Of a stretch of DNA of 64,000 nt, positions 59,112-64,000 are shown one piece after another. The stretch spans positions 138,010,156 through 138,074,155 of the forward strand of contig NC_072731.1 in NCBI RefSeq assembly GCF_026930045.1, in the 5' to 3' direction. This DNA is from Uloborus diversus (lineage: Eukaryota). A program made the translations under genes and the position numbers. Each line of letters starts with the position of its first letter. The stretch's first letter is position 1. Below the pieces are notes generated by a model. That model did not search any database, was not told the origin of the DNA, and was given only the letters and a program-made list of their open reading frames with translations.

Positions 59112-59653
59112 AACTAGACGTTAAATCGCGGATATCACAAATTTGCCACAGCGACTGCGCATGCGCGCAGACTAAACTCATTGGGCTTTCTGTTTTTAGA
59201 TTCTATGTTGTTTGTTTATACTTAAGCAGAGAAACAAATTAATGAATGAGATTAGAATAGTGTTCCCCCCCCCCCCCCAAGTTTTGCCGATACGAAATTT
59301 CCTGGAGGGAAGAAATTTTAAATGTCGGCGCGAAACTGGGGTTAAACCATTACAATATTTTACGTGACAAATAATATGAAACTGTACGCATATGAATACG
59401 GCACATATAACTTTTTAATTGAAAGCGAAAATAGCACTTTTTTTTATTGGTTTGCTTATTTTCTAAATTAATGGATTTTTCACTAACAACACATAATGAA
59501 TTGAAAATATATGAAATACGTGTGTGGATATCCGTGCTTTGCAGTAATTTGTTAGCTGAAAAAATTTTTGCAATTAATTTAAGCAAGACTTTAAATGAGC
59601 TTAGTCCGCGCGCAACATGCGCATTCGCTATGGCAAATTTGGGATATCCGCGA
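59112..59653. mobile_element. Fold-back element (~540 bp) with ~65-bp TIRs containing the palindrome GCGCATGCGC
   Basis: atcgcggatatcacaaatttgccacagcgactgcgcatgcgcgcagactaaactcattg (59116..59175) matches the inverted sequence aaatgagcttagtccgcgcgcaacatgcgcattcgctatggcaaatttgggatatccgcgatt (59590..59652). A solo related terminus is at about 42165..42225. Confidence 0.6.
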
Positions 59654-62600
59654 TTTGACATCGAGTAAAGTTGTATAGATCTTCTGACACATTCAAATTT
59701 AAAATATTTAATGGCTTAGTTTTTTTTTTTTTTTTTTTGCTTGGTGATAACATGCGTTATTTCGTTTTTTAAATGAACTTTTAAACAAAACTAGGTATTA
59801 AACAAGACAAGGACTTCTATCAAGAAAAAGATAAATCACCAAACAATTAAAATTCTCCCATAAAGCGTAAAATAATTCACGATTTAAGAAAAAATGTAAT
59901 TAAACAAAATGTTAAAAGCTAGATTAAAATAGCCCTCAAGCTGTAAAACATTTAAAGAAACCTTCATGAAAATATTGAATAATCTGTCAAATAAAAAAGC
60001 TGTAATAGAATTTATTGCGAAGTTGTAAAATACTCGAAAACAATATAATTTAAAATATAGTATTTTATTGTCCAAGAAGTTTTCTTTGCAACAGAGAGGA
60101 TACAAGGATTGCAATAAAATTCAAACCGCCCAATTCTTGCAAAATGAACATAGAATCTTAATAGTCAGAAAATAACTTGACGGAAAATTAGGCTAGCCAT
60201 TATTGTTCCTTTGAAAATTTTCTAACTTGAAGTTCTCAATTCTAAAAATACAGGCAAAGTAATAATATCAATGCAAAAAAATGTGATATCTCATCAAAAA
60301 CAACCCTGTTGTAAAAATTTCCCTACACTGTAAAAAATCTCGGAAAACTCTCTGAATATACAAAAAAGTTTTCCGTAATACACAGATTCGTACGCCCTCA
60401 GCAGTTTTCTGCTATAATCAAAAACCTTTCCCGTTTAGCAAGAAAGTAAGAGTCGACGCATGCGCAGCTCACACGGCAATTTTATAGTCCAGCAGCAAAT
60501 TCAAACTGAAACTTTCGAAAGCACGCAATGAAAACAAGTGCTGACTCATGTATGCGAAGTAACGCTCATCAAGGGGATTAGTAGAAGTTTTGTTCCTCGC
60601 GTGAATTCACTGAAGATAATTTTAAAGTCTTATACTTTCTTGCTTATGTATCGTCATGAGATTGAATTTGAAGCTATGTCACTTATTTTTAAGTACGAAG
60701 TGCAAATTTTCGACGCATGCTCGCAGAAGGAATACAAACTGAAATTAAAAACCAAATAACTGCCGAGAGGACGCCATGTAATTTCGTTGCGTCGCATAAC
60801 TTGTGTAGGTAATTTACTTTTTTCTTGGATACTTTTCTTCTTTCTACCAAATGGGTAATTTTTGTTGGCAGAATTTTATTCTGTCATAAAAATCACCTTT
60901 TTGGTGACCAAAGCCTGCAAAAGACCACCACCGACGAATAGGTATGTCGCTTTGCAAAACTCTATTACTTTAAAGAGATGTAGTTCATATAAATCTCGTT
61001 AAAAAAAACTTTTTCTCAGTATCATTTTTTCGTTGTGAACTATTGCAATTTGAAAATATTTTACATTACATGGAACACATATTTAAAGTGCAAGTGTGTC
61101 TAGTTTTATTCTGTAAAATTTATGAATTGAAGATTATAAAAAACTTTAAATAAGTTTTATTGTGTACTTTGTTTTTATGTGTCAATCTCAGTTAATATTT
61201 GGCTGAACATTTATGTATCAAGCATTATGAATTAAATGTTATAATATGCAAATTGTCAGGTTTGATGGTTCGTCTTTAAGGTTGCATGTTTTCATTCTCT
61301 TGTAAACAGTGTAGCTAGATTGTATGAAGTAAAAAAAAAACTATCTCTTGTAATTAGGAACATAGTGCTTCAGTATTATCTAAATGACGATATCTCTTTA
61401 AATATTTGCATTAGCGAAACGCTTTAAATTAGTTAAATGTGTATTAATTTCTTTAACTAATAGATACATATATGTATTTAAAAGTGTTTTCATTTTTTTC
61501 GTTTTACGAGCCTCAATTTTACCAAAAGCAAAAAAAAAAAAAAAAAAAAAAAAGACTTAGTAAAATAATTTTGTATTTTTACACCATATTAAAGTATTTG
61601 ACTTATAATTTATATGATACTTTGATTTATAATTTATATTATAAATGAAATATTATTTATCTCAGCAGAGCTTCATTAGTACGATTTATTTTAGTTGCAA
61701 TGTACCTGCCCTTAAGGGAAAGAAGCTGCAAATATAACAAACAAGAATTATTTCTCAATAATATATTTTTGTATATATATGAAATACACAAGCAATGAAT
61801 AGCAATGAGAAAAAGAAAATTAAAAGTAGCAATTATTAGAATAAAGTTGAAAGGTTGAATTCGGAGCTCATCAGCCGTGGAAGATTCGATAAATATGGTC
61901 AAAAGACCAAAAGATATTAAACTATTTACTAAATAGAGAGTGTTTAAGCTCTAATATATGCATTACATTGGGCCAAACGCACCATATGCTAAACTATATG
62001 CAATAAACAAGAGCTTAAACCTAAAATTAAAAGTAGGGGTTTTTTACCTTGGCTAAATTAAGAAACAAGTCCCTATAATTTGTCTTCCTCAGGACAGTAC
62101 CTACTGCATGCATACTAGTTTAATGTAGGACAGTCAGGAGGAATGAGTCAGTGGCAAAAATGGAACAGCTGCATTTACATGCCAAAATAAATAGTAATAT
62201 TATTTCATGTCATTGTTTTAAAAGTGATCATTTTTAAAAAACTATGTTATTAATATGCAATGTACATATATGGGGAGAAGACGAGGGGCGTTCAACACGC
62301 AGCCTGTGCCATTGACATTTTCAGGGGGTTGCTTTTTCAAGGGGGGGGGGCGCTTCATAGCATTTTATGGGTGCACCATCACTCTTATGGTGGGGGGGGG
62401 GGATAATCGTATATATGAAATGGAATAATCATGTAATAGAGTTCAATGTTTTAATAAATAAAATATATAATGCATTTTGCGCACACTGTAAAAATAAAAT
62501 CAGTAACCTAATTTGAATAAGTATTTATATTTGTGATGAGCTGGAAAAGGGCAAGAACAGAAGAATCAACCCGAATGGTTCCAGTAGGGGGACTTGGTGT

Positions 62601-63122
62601 CATATTTAAATTCATCAATTTCTCTGTTGGTACTTTTCGGTACACTTTGTTCGTCAGAGAAATTGACTTGAGGTGAACGAATTCCGGAACGCGAAGGGTA
62701 GATAAGTCCTGTCAAATTTTATCCGAAGATAAAAGCTATCAAGTTTGATACAAGATATGTTTTTAAGTTCTGCATTAAAAATACAATATGTTGATAGTTT
62801 TGTCTTGAAAATATTGAGAGAAAAAATGAAGTTTAAGATTGTTTAACAAACAATCCCCACTTTTCAGAAGGTACCCCCACTCCAATTCCCCGACGATTTT
62901 GTGATTAGGAATGAAACTACTAGATTATTTCATAATTTTTCAAAAATTTATAACTGTGCATTTGTTATGCTGTTAACCATGCTATTTGTCATTAGAAATT
63001 CAAAAAAAAAAAAAAAAAAAATCCACGAATGATTCTAAAATTGCTTGTATTATTGCTCTTAGATATGATATGGTATGCAATACTATAATAAAGAATTATA
63101 TTTTAGAAAAAATCACGGAAAA

Positions 63123-63420
63123 AGGATTCCGAAATTCTCGGAAACGTTTTTGAAAATTGTTTGGAGAATTCCGAAATACTCGGAAACGTTTTCGAAACTT
63201 TCATGAACCACAGCTGCACAGAATACTCAGAAACATTTCTGGAAATTACGGAAAGAGGATTCCGAAATACTCAGAAACGTTTCTGAAAATTACAGAAAGA
63301 GGATTCCGAAATACTCAGACACGTTTCTGGACATTACAGAAAGAGGATTCCGAAATACTCAGAAACGTTTTTGAAACTTTCATGAACCAGAGCTGCACGA
63401 TATACTCAGAAAAGTTTCCG
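63123..63420. repeat. Minisatellite of about 6 units of ~47 bp (aggattccgaaatactcagaaacgtttctgaaaattacagaaag)
   Basis: Direct reading. ORF 63157..63510 is a repeat artefact. Confidence 0.85.
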
Positions 63421-63744
63421 GATTTTTTTTACAGTGTACCAAGAAAACCTTTAACTTTTCCGCACAAAAAAGAAAACCTGCATCCTAAACCCAAAAACCC
63501 TCAGCCATAAAAAGTTATGATACCTAGTTTGCCCGCCAAATATCTGCCAAACTATCATCCTCCCTCTTCTCCTTTTTCATCACAACTACTTCCATTTGAA
63601 CCTCCTCCCACCTTCAACTCCTCAGAAATATTTATAGATCTTTTAAATTGTTTATCTTGTTTGGCGGGAAGCTTTTCAAAGTGAAGTGGTTGCTTGTTGA
63701 GCAAAAAGCTTCTCGCCAATTTACAACAGGGTTGTTTTTGATGA

Positions 63745-63899
63745 GATCATGCTATACAGCAGCACCTACCAGGGCTACTAGTACAATCTCTTGTCTCAAG
63801 ACAGGGGAGAGGTTCACCTACCAGTTGTACTGGTTATCTCCAAATTTTTAATATTGGGACTTGCATCCCTTTGTTTCTCACTACCTCAATTTCAATTTT
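63745..63899. mobile_element. Truncated copy of the short MITE family (core plus right TIR)
   Basis: catgctatacagcagcacctaccagggctactagtacaatctcttg...gggacttgcatccctttgtttctcactacctca. Confidence 0.55.
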
Positions 63900-64000
63900 T
63901 CTTCCCGCATTATGTCCGGGTGTCACCCTTGGCAGCTTAGGGCACTGCCCCCCCCCCTCACACATTTAGCTACAATCTACGCCACTGAAAATATTTTGGT

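Noticed and set aside
1-64000. Whether the window could hold a prokaryotic or phage defence or other operon-type novel system
   Set aside because: The sequence is eukaryotic. It has spliceosomal GT-AG exons, long mononucleotide tracts and an ATT microsatellite. It contains LTR, piggyBac, Tc1 and hAT elements with their characteristic TSDs. It has no dense co-oriented ORFs, no RBS or promoter-terminator operon structure, and only one long ORF, which is a retrotransposon polyprotein.

Overview
This is AT-rich eukaryotic nuclear DNA. GT-AG introns, long poly-A/T and poly-G/C tracts, and the set of transposon families present indicate a metazoan, probably an arthropod. There is no prokaryotic gene organisation, so no operon-type or defence system can be present. 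The interesting content is mobile-element architecture. The window holds the 3' part of a plus-strand host gene of unknown product, with at least seven short phase-0 exons between about 380 and 22200 and very large introns. These introns are packed with transposable elements. The main structure is a nested insertion in one intron. A piggyBac-like DNA transposon (10373..19008) has TTAA target duplications, 13-bp terminal inverted repeats (TIRs) and a decayed transposase. It is interrupted 6 bp upstream of its transposase ATG by a full-length, apparently young BEL/Pao LTR retrotransposon (11121..17312). That element has near-identical LTRs, a 5-bp target-site duplication (TSD) TAAAT, and one uninterrupted 1764-aa Gag-Pol polyprotein ORF. 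Other content includes hAT-like elements with 8-bp TSDs (a 1.0-kb MITE in an intron, a 461-bp MITE, a 1.0-kb / 5.3-kb pair of one family, and nested 5.2-kb / 3.0-kb non-autonomous elements). There are also Tc1/mariner elements with TA TSDs (a 1.2-kb IR/DR-type MITE and a 1.67-kb copy with a decayed transposase that has a paralogous empty site in the window). The window also contains a dispersed satellite-like family with ~95-bp monomers, several other tandem arrays, a short MITE family present in four copies, and an unexplained array of a 13-bp direct motif with unrelated spacers. No rRNA, tRNA or CRISPR was recognised.
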